From the human T2T-CHM13v2.0 reference genome, Homo sapiens: a stretch of DNA of 64,000 bases. The notes under the pieces are model-generated. The model searched no databases, was not told the origin of the DNA, and worked only from the letters and a program-made list of their open reading frames with translations. A program made the position numbers and the translations under genes. Positions within the stretch are counted from its first letter, which is position 1, and each line of letters starts with the position of its first letter. This document shows positions 25,115-39,100 of this stretch, in pieces. The stretch lies in NCBI RefSeq assembly GCF_009914755.1, contig NC_060927.1; one strand, given 5' to 3'.

Positions 25115-26344
25115 TCACTGTACCAAAGCCTGGCTTCTCAGAGGCTCACAAAAGCTGCGGAATTCACGTTTGACTTCCCTCCTTTCTACCTAGTCAAAAA
25201 TCCTCTGGCCTTAATTTTCTTTTCCTGTTGTTTTCCCTTCCTTGTGTCTGGTGACATTTTCTTTTCACTTACCAATTCCTCCCAAATTTTCTTTTCATTC
25301 TTAGCCAATTTTGTCTTTTGGAGCCACTAATTGGTCTCTGTGCTACATTTTCCAAGATGATTTTCTATTTATTTACCTGTTCTTTCTACATAAAGCTCAA
25401 TTATTTCTGATAATTCCTATTTTAATATTTGCTGAGTACAAACAGAGCTCAAGACACCAATAACTTGGCTGTCTCCTAAGTCTCCATTTTATTTAAAAAT
25501 GAGTTCCTGTGTGGCCCTTATCCCATATCACCAGTTGTAACTTTCGCCAATGCTACCTATTTTTTTCTGTACAACTTTCAAATTGTCATTTTTCCCCTCA
25601 GTTTCCTGACTATAGTTTGATAATTACTCTCCACTTCACTCCTCCCTAGTCAACCCAACAGGCTGATTTAGTTCTGGTACCCCTACAGATAAGTAAACCC
25701 AACAACACATAAATCTGCTCTGAGTTTCAGCATCTGCCTTCTTTAGGTGATAAAAATAATATGTCTCCCTGGGTATGTGATTGATGGAACAAAGATTGCT
25801 TTTAGAAATCAACAAACCAATAAGCAGAAAAAAAAAATGAAACAAAAACAAAGGCCCACGTTTCTGAAAAGCAAGGTCAAGACAAAAATTTGATAAGACT
25901 TCTGCACACATGGAGTTAGACACCTTAGAGGCCGGTTTTCCTGGGTGGAGGGATTCAAACCTGCCATTGCCTCAAGTTTAAGTTCATTAAGAGGCCAGGA
26001 TGGTGATGGATAGCACCTCTAAACCTGGTATACACATCCCCGGGGAGTGGTGACACAAGATGATTTTCATATTTTACATGTTAATTCAAAGGATGACACA
26101 GTTTTTAGCCAGAAGGCAAGACTAATGGGTTGTTTGCCCTATCGAAAATGTGTATTTTCAATAACATTTTCAGCACCGTCAGAGCACTGATGTTATACTG
26201 GACTCAACTTGCAGGAAGCATATTCCCTGAATATGTGACATTTCTAAACTATATACCTTTTATAATACAAAGAACTTGAAGGAGCATGGTCAGGGGACCA
26301 GTTTTCCAGATCAGCCCAGTCCTCTGACATCTTAGCACTGCATT

Positions 26345-26515
26345 CACCCCTCCAGGTGTGTTCTGTGGTCCAGCAGCATCCTGGTTACCTGAGAGTGTGT
26401 TGAAAATGCAGAATCCCAGGTCAGAGTACCAACCAGAATCTGCAGATTAACAAGATTCCCAGGTGATTCGAATTTGAGAATTTAAGTTTAACTCAAAGTT
26501 TGAGACACTTTGCCT
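26345..26515. mobile_element. MER5A-like MITE
   Basis: ccagcagcatc...aaatgcagaatcccagg...agaatctgca...aacaagattcccaggtgattc...aagtttgaga. Confidence 0.7.
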
Positions 26516-26659
26516 ATTGAAGGAAAATAAACACCCCTGATGGTCAGAGGTACTAGAACAACATTTAAATAATAGCTCCATTATTTAGTTGGTTTCTGGA
26601 GATGGAAGTTCTTTCCTTGTCAGAATTGAAGCCCACTGCAGCGATTGTTTTTCTCATGT

Positions 26660-27031
26660 TGATATGGTTTGGCTCTGTGTCCCCACCCAAATCTCATGTT
26701 GAATTGTAATTCCCAATGTTGGGGAAGGTGATTGGATTATGGAGGTGGATTTCTCCCATGCTGTTCTCATGATAGTGAGTGAGTTCTCACTAGATCTGAT
26801 GGTTTAAAAGGGTATGGCACTCCCTCATTCACACGCTCTCTCTCCCCTTCCACCATGTCAAGAAGTTCTCTGCTTCCCCTTTGCCTTCCACCATGATTGT
26901 TAGTTTCCTGAGACCTCTCAGTCATGCTTCCTGTTAAGCCTGCGGAACTGTGAGTCAATTAAACTTCTTTTCTTCATAAATTACCCAGTCTCAGGTAGTT
27001 CTTTATAGCAGTGTGAGAATGGACTAACACA
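26660..27031 (+). mobile_element. THE1D MaLR solo LTR
   Basis: tgatatggtttggctctgtgtcccc...cttcctgttaagcctgcggaactgtgagtcaatt...ggactaacaca; perfect 5-bp TSD catgt (26655-26659, 27032-27036). Confidence 0.88.
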
Positions 27032-27768
27032 CATGTCTTCATTGCCCATTTCATTCCCTGTTTGAGTGTGTCTGGAAATTTAACTTCGTGGAAAGCTCTC
27101 TTTGGGTAAAGGTGACCGGCCAACATGGGAAATGATGGACAGTTGAGGACAGCCTCATGTAGTTATTTCCTGGCTGGAAAACACCAATTAACATATTTCT
27201 CAAAACTGAAACAAAAAGTAGCTCCTTCAAATTATTTCAAATTATGTAAATAGGCTGAAACAAAACTACAATGATTGCTTCTGATGAGAAGAGTCTAATG
27301 TGTTAAACACGAAAACAATTAACTTTTATGAAAATGGATTTGGTGAGAGAAGTCAGACATTTTACCTACCACAGAGTATTTAGAGACTTCCTCATGAATG
27401 ACATTCCTAGGGACTAGAGCAGTCACCCCTCACATATAACATCAAAGGTAGGATGCCAGGAGAGCCTTTCAGTGTCAGGTGGCTCAAAATCCTCATGATA
27501 CAGCCATGAAAACCAGGACACAGAGTCAGAAACAGAGTTTACACAAGAGACTAGGCTTCACGTGGCTTGGTCTAAGCCTCCTTCCTGCTCCTGCCCCCAG
27601 CCCCCCCACTGCCTGGGCCCCTACATACATCCTCCAGACTTGAGTATATCACTATTTTTCTGTTGAATTTCTTCAGTGTTCATTTTTTTCCTCCTAATAT
27701 TATTTAAAGGCTTTGAAGACAGGAGAGGCATCTTTTTCTTTATTCTAGCCTGGTGATTGGCACATAGT

Positions 27769-28484
27769 TCACACCAGTTAGAATGGCAATCATTAAAAAG
27801 TCAGGAAACAACAGGTGCTGGAAAGGATGTGGAGAAATAGGAACACTTTTACACTGTTGGTGGGACTGTTAACTAGTTCAACCATTGTGGAAGTCAGTGT
27901 GGCGATTCCTCAGGGATCTAGAACTAGAAATACCATTTGACCCAGCCATCCCATTGCTGGGTATATACCCAAAGGACTATAAATCATTCTGCTATAAAGA
28001 CACATGCACACGTATGTTTATTGCGGCACTATTCACAATAGCTAAGACTTGGAACCAACCCAAATGTCCAACAATGATAGACTGGATTAAGAAAATGTGG
28101 CACATATACACCATGGAATACTATGCAGCCATAAAAAATGATGAGTTCATGTCCTTTGTAGGGACATGGATGAAATTGGAAATCATCATTCTCAGTAAAC
28201 TATCGCAAGGACAAAAAACCAAACACCGCATGTTCTCACTCATAGATGGGAATTGAACAATGAGAACACATGGACACAAGAAGGGGAACGTCACACTCTG
28301 GGGACTGTTGTGGGGTGGGGGGAGGGGGGAGAGATAGCATTAGGAGATATACCTAATGCTAAATGACAAGTTAATGGGTGCAGCACACCAGCATGGCACA
28401 TGTATACATATGTAACTAACCTGCACATTGTGCACATGTACCCTAAAACTTAAAGTATAATAATAATAAAAAAAAGAAAAAAAA
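27769..28484 (+). mobile_element. 5'-truncated L1PA3-like LINE-1 (ORF2 C-terminus and 3' UTR)
   Basis: Open ORF2 tail WKSVWRFLRDLELEIPFDPAIPLLGIYP...KHRMFSLI (27885-28256); young L1PA 3' UTR with G-tract and poly(A). Confidence 0.92.
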
Positions 28485-28705
28485 TGATCCTTTGTGGAGT
28501 AGAAAAAGACTGGTATAATTTTATTCAAGTTATATATTTCTATTTTATAAATGAGTCACCTTACCACATAGCCTTATGTATTCACCTATTGTACCTGGTA
28601 ATGGTGAAATGTATATTTACTGTATAATTTTTACAGTTGTCCTCTAACAATGTTGAAAATAATTTTAATAGCTCATTAAAATTACTTTGAGAAATTAAAA
28701 AAAAA

Positions 28706-28846
28706 TACTTAGGTGATAGGTTGGTCTGTGCAGTAAACCACCATGACACACGTTTACCTATGTAACAAACCTGCACATCCTGCACATGCACCCTGAACTT
28801 AAAATAAAAGTTGGAAATAAAAAAAGAAAAAAAAAAAAAAAAAGAA
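28706..28846 (+). mobile_element. Short 3' end of an older L1PA (roughly L1PA13-16) with a long A tail
   Basis: tgtgcagtaaaccaccatgacacacgtttacctatgtaacaaacctgcacatcctgcacatg...aacttaaaataaaagttg. Confidence 0.8.
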
Positions 28847-28849
28847 ACA

Positions 28850-29062
28850 CAGTTCAGATCAATGGCTGCTGATGGCCAGGGGAAGGGAAACTAACTGCAA
28901 ATGGGCTCCAAGGAAATTCTGGGCATAATGGGAAGGCTCTATATTTTGATTGACATGGTATTTAAATGAGATATAAGTTTGTTGGAATGCCTCTAACTGT
29001 ACACTTAAAATGGGTATCTTCTATTGTATGCAAGTTATACCTCAATAAAGTTTGTTTTAAAA
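28850..29062 (+). mobile_element. L1ME/L1MB-type 3' end
   Basis: actgtacacttaaaatggg...attgtatgcaagttatacctcaataaag. Confidence 0.7.
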
Positions 29063-29854
29063 GGTAAAAAAAGTAGGGAATACCACCACAGATTACCTTT
29101 TTTCTCTCATAATACATCATTAGAATTGTGTTGCCCCTGAGTATTCTGAACACAGTATGTGACACATCCCTTCAAGGGATAAGCTACTTGTCCATGAATA
29201 AGCTATAATATAAGTATTTTTAGAGTAAGAGGTTACCAGAGGTGAATGTACATTTTGTGGCCAGAGTTCTAAAATGTATTGACCCAGTTAATTAAATAAC
29301 ATCTTCATTGCCTGAAAAAAAAAATCTGTCTCTTGTCTCTTTTCTAAAATGCCTGAGGGAAGAAATCATATTCTGGGAGGATATGGTTGATTGGAAATAC
29401 AGTGACCAAGAGAGTAGTTATCTTTCCTTAATTCTCAAGCAATCCATCATTGCAAAAGCAGCAGCATAAAGTTTAAAGGACTCATTCCAGTGCCCCTATG
29501 ACTGAACTTACTGCAACTGTTTTTTAATAATCACTGGAGGATTGAGATGAATCATAGAAAATGTTGAACAGAAGAGATCCCCACCTCCACAAAAAGTCAT
29601 TAGTAAATTGAAAAAAAAATTAGCTGTAAGAAAAGGAGCCACTTCCCTAATGATAGGACAAAATGATAAAAGCCTAAGTAGCACGACAAAAAGAGAACAA
29701 ACTTATAATTAACACCATCTGGCACATAGCAGGTATTTAATAATAAATATTCATTGATTGATATCTAGAGATTAAAAAATAGTTTCTCTGAGTACTCTGA
29801 GATGAGACAACCATTGAAAACCAAATCTTTTTATTTCTAATCAAAGTAGTGCAA

Positions 29855-30235
29855 ATAGAAGATGAGCTCTGCCAGCCATAAAATTTTGGCAGGATAAAGG
29901 CAGGAGCCTTTATCCAAATGTAAATGGTGAATGAAGAAAATCTTATAAAACACTTTCTGTAAGAATACTACTTGGAGCATCAATAGAACCCATTCCAATG
30001 ACCTGGTGCACTGTCCCCTTTGAATTACAAGCATTTCTGTTTCAATATATCCCTATCCATGCTACATTAGCCTATGAGAACCAAAATTTCTCTGACTACT
30101 CTTTAGGACCGACACTAGTTTCTTTTACTATGATTAGATTACTCTTTAGTGAATCATATTTTATTCACTACCGAGGGAAACGGCTCCTGCCTTTATCCTG
30201 CCAAAGTTTTATGGCTGGCAGAGCTCATCTTCTAT
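29855..30235. repeat. 54-bp inverted repeat (arms 29855-29908 and 30182-30235, 53/54 identical, 273-bp spacer)
   Basis: Left arm atagaagatgagctctgccagccataaaattttggcaggataaaggcaggagcc is the reverse complement of the right arm except 29884(T)/30206(G). Confidence 0.95.
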
Positions 30236-30699
30236 AACAAAGTAAATCTTGGCTTCAAGTTTGAATAGCAAAGAAAAAAGACAGCTGAGAAAATAAAACG
30301 AATTATTTTACTGAGTACTTTCCCCTCATAGATGAAGAAAATGCTTTTGACAATGACCCATCTATACTTGGGCTATTACTTTTGCTCACCACTGTAGAAT
30401 CTGCTACTACTGCATTATTTGTCTCTGTCAACTTAATCATTTAGCTAACATTAATGTGTTTGACAAATACTTATTGATGTCTATTTTGTGCCAGACGCTA
30501 TATAGAGTAGCTACCATGGCCCCATGCCTATTAAGTCACAGTTATGGCTAGGCTTCCCCTCGTTGCCTGCACAGATTTTTATTTCTTCTTTATGTTCTTC
30601 TCCTTCGAATATTGTCCCTGATAGCTGTTTTTGGGTGCTAGTTGTTAGTGGGTGGAGGTGTTATTAAACTATTAACAGATGATAACCACATTTCTAAGG

Positions 30700-31530
30700 A
30701 CAGCAACTATTCTGGGTGAGGCACTCGAGGCTGAGTGTGAACAAAACAGACAAGGTGCTGCCCTTTTTGGGAGTTTACAGACCAAGAGAGGAGGCAGTCA
30801 TGACTTGTGGTGAGGACACTGGAGAAAACGACCTGTCAGTGGTGGAGAAAAAACTGGAGTGAGATGGAGGGAATGGGAGGAGGAATCTAGGAGAGCATCA
30901 CTGAAGCTGCAATGAGAAGGATAAGAAGGAGAAAGTAATGTGAAGATCTAGGAGAAGAGCATTCCATGCAGGGAGAGTGGATGGACACAGGCCTTGAGGC
31001 TAGAAGGAAGATGACATCTTCTGGGATCTGAAAGGAAGTGGAATAAAGTGGGCAAGGGGTGAGAGGGATGGATCAGCACGGAGAGGAAGGCAGTGCCTTG
31101 CCAGTGGTGGTAAGGTATTTGGATTTTTTCTGAAATGCAAGAGAAGGCATGGAATTTCAAGCAGCATGGGAAGGTGTGTGGCCTGTTTTTTCAGAAGGTT
31201 GCTGTGGCTGCTGAGTGGAAGCGCAGAGGCCACGAAGGAGACCATTGCCGTATTCCAAGAGAAGAATGACAGTGTATTGGCTTCGGGGAGGGAGGCAGCA
31301 GTGAGGACGTTAAGGGGAACAGATTAGAAATATATTTGAAGGAAGAAATCTCCTGGAGTCCTGACTCATTGAATTAGGGGGTGGAGGAGATGGAAACAAC
31401 AAGTATGACCCTCAAGCTCTGGCAACGAGATGGATGGTGGTCCCTGTAACTGATATGGCGGAGATACATTAGAGGGGAGTGGGTGATGATGAAAATGTCC
31501 ATTGGTTATGTTAGGATTGACAATGTCTGA
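30700..31530 (-). mobile_element. L2 fragment
   Basis: tgaacaaaacagacaagg...gaagagcattccatgcag...ggccttgaggc...ggtaaggtatttggatttt. Confidence 0.7.
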
Positions 31531-31639
31531 GCCTCTCCTCATAATCTAAAGGTTGTCGAGCTGCACCCTGCTTCAGCTCATCTTCTACCTTTCCCTGCCT
31601 CATAATGAAAGTAAGTGCTTTGCCAACACCCAGTTATCC

Positions 31640-33380
31640 TACCACCAGGCAGTTCCACCCTCACGCCTTATTCCCTCTGCTTAGAACACCCATTCTTCAT
31701 CACCTGGCCAACTCCTTCTCATTTTTTAAAACTTAACTTATGCATCAACTCCCTAAGGAAGCCTCCTTTGCCCCCAAGTCTAAGTTAAATACCACCCCAT
31801 TGAGCTTCCAAATTCTATATCACTGTGTTGGCCCTGGAATCTGATAGACATGAGTTTGAATCCAGACTCTTCTACATTTCAGCCATGAAGTCTTGGAAAA
31901 ATTACTTGACCTCTCTACACTTCAGTGCCTCATCTGTAAAATGGGCATAATAGTATCTACTTCATTGGCTGATGTAAGGAATAGATGACATGAACTAGGT
32001 GGTATGCCAGCACAGATCAGGGGTCTATACAAGCTAGCCCTCCTATTCCTGTCCACATGTCTGTCTCCTCCACTGGGCCAGGCCTCCATGATAGCAGGGA
32101 CTGTGCCTTGTCTTTTTATATCTGTGGATCCTAACACAGTTCTGGGCATACAGGAGACAAAGCAAATACATAACAAATGAAATCCAGACTCCTTGGGATG
32201 GCACAAAATACCTTTACTCTCCCAGGAGCCCTCTCTGTCCTTCATCACCCCAGGCTGCTGTACACTCACTCCTCTGCCCCAACTCACCTTACTGTGACTT
32301 CTTACCCCCTAGAAGATTCTCACCTTAGACATCTTCTTCTGGGTTTCCTTATTGTCGTTGTGTCTGCTACTTAAGGCCTTTCCCAGCCTGGCAACCTTTA
32401 CTGTTACTCGTCTTCCAAAATAAACAAAAATATAACCTACTCTTTGTTCCTGCACAATCTCTCCCTTACTGTATCCCTCAAGGATTTAACCTGGGTAAAT
32501 ATGTTTTATTATAATACTTCCTATTGTATGATAGTTACTTGTTATGTGTGTGCTTTCCCTTGTAGCCTGTCAGCTAAAAAGTACAGAGCCTGATATCCAT
32601 TTCTATAACTTGTTCTCCAAACCATATCACACAAATAGCAGGTAGTTGTTTAAATAAACACTTGAGAAATTGAAGTGCACATGTCAAGGCCAAGTGAGGT
32701 AGAAGTAAATCTGATTCTGACAATCAGAACCAGAGAGGAGGTCCTGAGGATGTCAGGGAGTGTGCCCACTTGTTGGGCCCCTTTGAAAGCGTGGTATTTT
32801 GGGGACTTTGGCACGACTGTGAAACTCAAGAGCAAGGATTAGTCTTACAACTCATCTCCCGCTCTTCCTCAAACCCAACTTCTCCTCCTTACAGGATCTA
32901 AACAAAGTTAACTCATCTCTTTTTCTGGTTCAGCATTCTCTGGTCTTCCCTTATGATGCAGACAGTACATTTCTACAAGGCCTGCCTCTCTGCATGAATT
33001 TATATCTGGGGATGAAGCAGTTGGGATTTCTTTACTCTCCTCTTTGCTTCCACAGTTCCTACTGCCTAGAACATCCTTTCTTCTGGCCAAGTTCTGATCA
33101 TTCTCTGCATGACCCGTATGACCTAATTCTGACCTGGAGATAAGAACTCATCACTTCTCACTCTTTGTTGCCAAGATATCTTACATATTCCTGTGTTAAA
33201 TGACTTTTCATATGTTATTATCATCTGTTAACAAGGCATGAATGCTATAAAAGCAGGGTTTATTTCCAATTTATCTTCATAAATTTCGGTGCCTATTGAA
33301 ATGCCTGGAACATATTGCAAACACTTAGTAAGCAATAGATAAATGGATGGATTGATAATGGATGGATGGGTGAACAGGGA
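31640..33380 (+). mobile_element. Cluster of L2 3' fragments with an embedded MIR (~31835-32020)
   Basis: MIR core ttcagtgcctcatctgtaaaatgggcataatagt; several L2 ends (ctccatgatagcagggactgtg, gcaggtagttgtttaaata, gcctggaacatatt...aaatggatgg). Confidence 0.6.
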
Positions 33381-33519
33381 GAATATAAAGCCTTACACCC
33401 ACACCACTACTAAGTTTTCTAAGAAGTCAGCATGACTTAAAAAAAAAGAAAAAGAAAAAGGTTTATCGCTAAAGAGGCCATAGGCTACAATTGACAAAAA
33501 ATCTTGGCTCACATTGCTT

Positions 33520-33875
33520 ATTTTTCTGCTCTGCTTTTTTCATTAGATCAACAGACTGATGCCTTTGTGGTCTCAAGATGGCTGCAGCATCTTGTTCCAG
33601 CCACTACACAGAGACACAAGAGCCTCCAGAGACTAAAGGGCTATCTCCTCTAGGAGAGAGAAAACCTTTCCCAGAAGCCCTCAAGAGACATCCCCCAAGT
33701 CTCATTGGCCAGAACTGGAGTACATGCCTAATCACAATCACTCTCTGGCAAGGGACCAGGTCTCACCAATAGGGATTTACTATTAAATGAGAGAACCATG
33801 TGTGTAACAGGTGAATACCTAAACAGTGTAGGAGTTCTGTTAGCAGCAGGGAGGAAGAAAGGTTGCTGAGTAGGC
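33520..33875 (-). mobile_element. Old MaLR LTR (MLT1K/L-like)
   Basis: caagatggctgcagc...aaacctttcccagaagcc...gtctcattggccagaactgg...ggagttctgttagc. Confidence 0.65.
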
Positions 33876-34653
33876 CTCTGATTCCCAAGTCTAAGTTCCC
33901 AACCAGTTCACCTAATTCCATATACACACCTAACTAAGGTTGAGTTTGAACTCTACTGCTCCTTCCTAGGCCTCTGTAGGGCCTGTAAAGGGATGGAGAT
34001 AGTGCTTCTGCTTAGCTATCAGCCCTCACTTCATTTCCTGTGTCTCTCAATTCTCCAGCTCCACAGCTGCTCTCACCATCTTCTCACCAGCAGGCTCAGC
34101 CTTCTTATGTGTCCTCAGTCATACTTCTGAGCCAGGAAGTGCTTGGCTGTACCCATCCCTTTCTAATATCATGTATTCTTACTGTCAATATGGTATTGAA
34201 TGTAGTGCCCCGTGACAAACATGATTCTCTTAAGATGTGACAAAGTGACTCTTGCTACATTCCTGACCCAGGATATGTCCTGAAGGTCATTGCTTGTCCT
34301 TTTGAATGTCTAAGGTGCAGTCACCCCTCTGTATCCATTGCTCTTTTCTGAACAAGTCCTACTATATCTTTTTCCTAGGTTATCTTTGAGCCAAATCCTT
34401 CCTTTCTGAGTAGTAATATATCCCCATGATCTGTTTGCCTCTATCACTCTCCAACTGTCAACGGATGTGAGACATCACTTGAAATTGTGCTCCAGTGACT
34501 CTTTAAGCACTTTTCTTGCCTGCCATCTGTTCAGCTACTGCAATATGTCCAGGAACTGCCTTGATGTCTTAGTCTGGTTCGGTGTCAGCACACGAACTGC
34601 CCAACTGAGTTTATTTACATGGCTTCTGTTCCTGAGGATTGGATCTGCTCCAG

Positions 34654-34770
34654 GAACCCTGTGTTGGTTAGTGACTAGGAGCTGTCACTTGATGTTTATT
34701 GGAGCATGTGTCACTGATTCAGAGGATGAACTTGATGACAACAGAAGGCCCAGCTCTCACACCTCAACAG
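34654..34770 (+). other. Candidate exon (5' boundary uncertain; could be a first exon)
   Basis: Strong donor CAG|GTAAGC at 34770/34771; possible acceptor ctccag at 34653; ATG at 34726 (A at -3, in-frame TGA upstream at 34690) opens 15 codons to the donor. Confidence 0.35.
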
Positions 34771-36339
34771 GTAAGCACACTGTGCCATGAATTTTAAATA
34801 TTTTGCATTGTCTGAAATTTAGTGCCAGCTTATGGGTCTTTGTCAAAAATCCACAAATTCCTTAGTTTAGATTCCCAAGTCCTATTTAGTATTTATTCTG
34901 AAATGATCTTACTTTGGGTTTAATCTATGATCTAATCATGGGTAAAGTAGAGAGTCTACCAAGAAAAGTGGAGCAGATCTTCATTACCCTTTCCTCACAT
35001 GTCAGAGATACCTCAAATACCATTAGCAACCTGTTTCTCACAAATGAAAATGTGTGTTTATGGCCTTAACCTGAAAGAAAGAGCTTTCTACAATGTTGCC
35101 TTCAGTTGCGCGTGTGACTGTCTCAATGAGACCCATGAGAATCTCAAGTGTGGATTTGAGGACAACCTCTGACCACTCTGACTTTAACGTCTCATTACAA
35201 AGCTATTGCTTAAATGTTTAATGTGCAATTTTACAATAGACAAATCCACCCTTCAGTAGAGTCCATCTAAATACTTTATTAACCTCCTTCCCAGCCACAC
35301 CTCCTGGGAATCCAAGGCACTGTGGAGCTATCTTTTATAAAGGAGATTTTCTTTCTTGCAGAAAATAATGGTGACCAGTTTGTGAACTCCAGAGAAAGAA
35401 AACTTGGATCAGAGAAATAAAAGTGGTAAAATAGAGCATGATTTTCATTAGGGCAAATTCAGTCGCAACATAAGGCTGTCTTACTTTGAATATGCCAAGT
35501 GACTCTAACCAGTATTCTGAGTGGTGCAACTAAGGCCAAAAAGTCATCGAAACCATCAATGACCTGAACATCATTAGGTAATAAACATATTTTTTCTTAT
35601 TCTCTACATGAACTGGCTGTTTGCATTTTTCCCAAGTAATTTCTTTCATGAACTATTATTACTTCTGTTTAGTTTCATCTCAGGTCAGTTTGGGCTTCAA
35701 AATTCTCAGATTTTGAACTTTATAATGGACAAAGTTTAGAGAGAAAATGGCTTTTGAGTCTTTTCTCAAAAGCCTAGGTTTTGAGTGTCAAAGCAAAGGC
35801 CATAAAGGACCAGGTCACAATGCATAAATACAGAAGAATAAGACTTCAGCCAAGCCAAGTTTTCAAGTCCTCTCACACTCAGGCTCAAGTCCAGATCAGA
35901 GGCAGTTTTCCAGGCTAGAAGGGGAGAAGAAATGGGGGTAGGAGGAGGGTGAAGAGAAGATTTTACATATTGGTGTGTCCCTGGGCTGGGGGTTGGGTGT
36001 ATGAATGGGAAGATAAAGGCCACTCCTCACATAGACTTGGAGCAATTTGAGAGCACAGGACTAATGAATTGTTTTCTAGGTGGACCCCAGCAAGGGAGCC
36101 CACCTCATTGAGGTCATAGGTGGGGCCTACCTTGGGAGAAGTAGAGTAGAAAGAGGGGTGTGAGGTGCCCACACAGATGAGCCTGAGGCAACTTTTCCCA
36201 TACACCCTGGTGTGACTCCTGGTAGAGAGACAGGCAAGATAGCCAGCAGACCCAAGAGGGCTTGCGGTATACAAACCATGAGAACACGGTGGTCATCTGC
36301 TTGGATCAAGGATGAGAAAGTATCCAGGATGTAGATCTA

Positions 36340-36804
<465 letters not shown>

Positions 36805-37032
36805 AAGAAAACCTTGAATTGAAACTAAGAAAGATTTTTGGTTTTGCCCCCAGGCATAATGGTGATTTGAGTTGAAAAATAAAGTTACATGGCTTATACA
36901 CCCAAGTTTGTTGACTGATTTATGTGTGTGCCTGTGTGTGTCTGTGTGTTTATAAAATGTATAGAAAAAAAAGAAATACATAAAAACCCTTTTAAAAATC
37001 TGGGTGGGGAGGTGATAGGTAAGTAGACCCTT

Positions 37033-37455
<423 letters not shown>

Positions 37456-37459
37456 CTAG

Positions 37460-37479
37460 ATGGCTAAAGAAAATCCCAG
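37460..37479 (+). other. Candidate 20-nt micro-exon ATGGCTAAAGAAAATCCCAG
   Basis: Long pyrimidine tract tgtttattctatctactcttcctctctag followed by a perfect consensus donor CAG|GTAAGT. Confidence 0.4.
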
Positions 37480-38039
37480 GTAAGTCTCTTGTGGCTAAGG
37501 CATAATAAAGACAATCAGACTGTGAATTGTGTTGTCACCTGCACTTTGATTGAGATACATTGATTCAATCTGGCCACAGCCCAGTTGAATCCATTTAAGA
37601 AATGAGAATAATTAGCATACTCAGATTCGAACACTTGCCGACTCCTCTGGGACACAGAATGCAATCCCTGACAAAATCAGCATTAATATATGAGACAGCC
37701 ACACTTCCTGTCCTTTTGGTAAAATAAAAATGAAAATAAATTCTCTTCTTTTTCTCTGTTCCCAAAAGAGAAAGCAATCGTTGAGAATCAGCTACCTAAA
37801 TGAAAATCTTGCTAATGGTTAAAGCTTCTGCAATCAATAATGTGAAGCAGCAAAGTGAACAATAGACCCCTAAAGTCCTAAAATAAAAAGGACTCCTGTC
37901 CTTTGGGGAATTCTAGGAATTACTCAATAAGTAATATTTTGTTCAACCCCAGAATCCTAGATTTAAAAAGCTGTACTATTAGTAAAATTAGATTTGCATT
38001 AACACTTCAATGAGCCTAGGAAAAGTAATGTTGGAGATG

Positions 38040-39100
38040 AAGTCTTTTTTCATGGTCTGCCCAACAAAGCCCAGGGCAACGAGTCCTGTGAGTTAATGTC
38101 CAGCACAGTACCTGGCATACACGAGTTCAGGAACTGCTGAATGAATGAATGAATAAATGAATGAAGCAATGAGCCAGATAAAAGCTAGAAGGAAAATAGG
38201 ATTCTGTAAACTCATTCAAACCATAGGCTTCCTTTTGATTTCATGGTCACCAAATAAGTCTTTGAATGACTAATTTGATTTCTCAGGTATAATAATTCAG
38301 TGACTGGATAAATTGAGTGGATGCCTCATAAATACTGCCAACAGTATAACGTTAGTGTGTAAGATTATGGGCTTTAGAGTAATAGAGACATGAGTTCAAG
38401 TCCTTGCTCTGCTATTTGCTACCATGTGACATTGAGCAAGCTACTTAGCCTCTCTAAGCGTTAATTTTTTTCAATGGTAATTGTAACTGGGCCATTTTCA
38501 GATTTTTTTTCCAGCTTATCTGTTCTTTCCCATGTGCTGTCATTTCCCTATTTGAAAATAATGACATGAAATATCAAACAGTTATGGGTTATGCAAACAA
38601 CTTCCCATGTTATAGTTAACGGAAAATGCTTTTATAGAAATCCATACCCTTGTATATGTTGTGTTCTTTTTTTGGAACCTCCCATTTGGCTCATTGAACT
38701 TCTAACAATTCTTTAAAACCTATGTGTCTCTCTCTCTGGAAAGTTTACTCTGTTCCTAACTCTCTACCTCCTCCTGACACTAAATTTAGTCTCCCCTTGT
38801 CCCACATTCTTCTTTGTACCTGCTTGTAATAATTTATCACCTACTTCCTTCTATCTATTTGTTTATTTGTTTATTTCTCTTCTAGAATGGGAGTTTTCTA
38901 AAAGTAAGAACCATGTCCTCTTTGCCTTTATACACTAGCATTGTGTCAAGTGTTCGATTATTCATTAAACAAACATTTACTAAGCATCGGCTACATAGCA
39001 GTCACTATTTTAGGGATTTGGATTCACAGATGAACAAGATAAAATCCTGACCTCCTAGAATTTATGCTCTAGTGAAAGCAGATGTTTAGTAAACGTTGAA
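38040..39100. mobile_element. L2 and MIR fragments (L2 end ~38040-38170, MIR ~38345-38490, L2 ~38690-39100)
   Basis: cagcacagtacctggcatac...tgaatgaatgaatg; catgagttcaagtccttgctctgc...gtgacattgagcaag; cattaaacaaacatttactaagc. Confidence 0.6.

Noticed and set aside
26037-26046. Perfect EBF-type palindrome TCCCCGGGGA
   Set aside because: Single isolated motif with no supporting context.
34467-34790. 107-aa unspliced ORF
   Set aside because: GTG start, no recognisable domain, and it runs through a strong splice donor; the spliced reading in another frame is reported instead.
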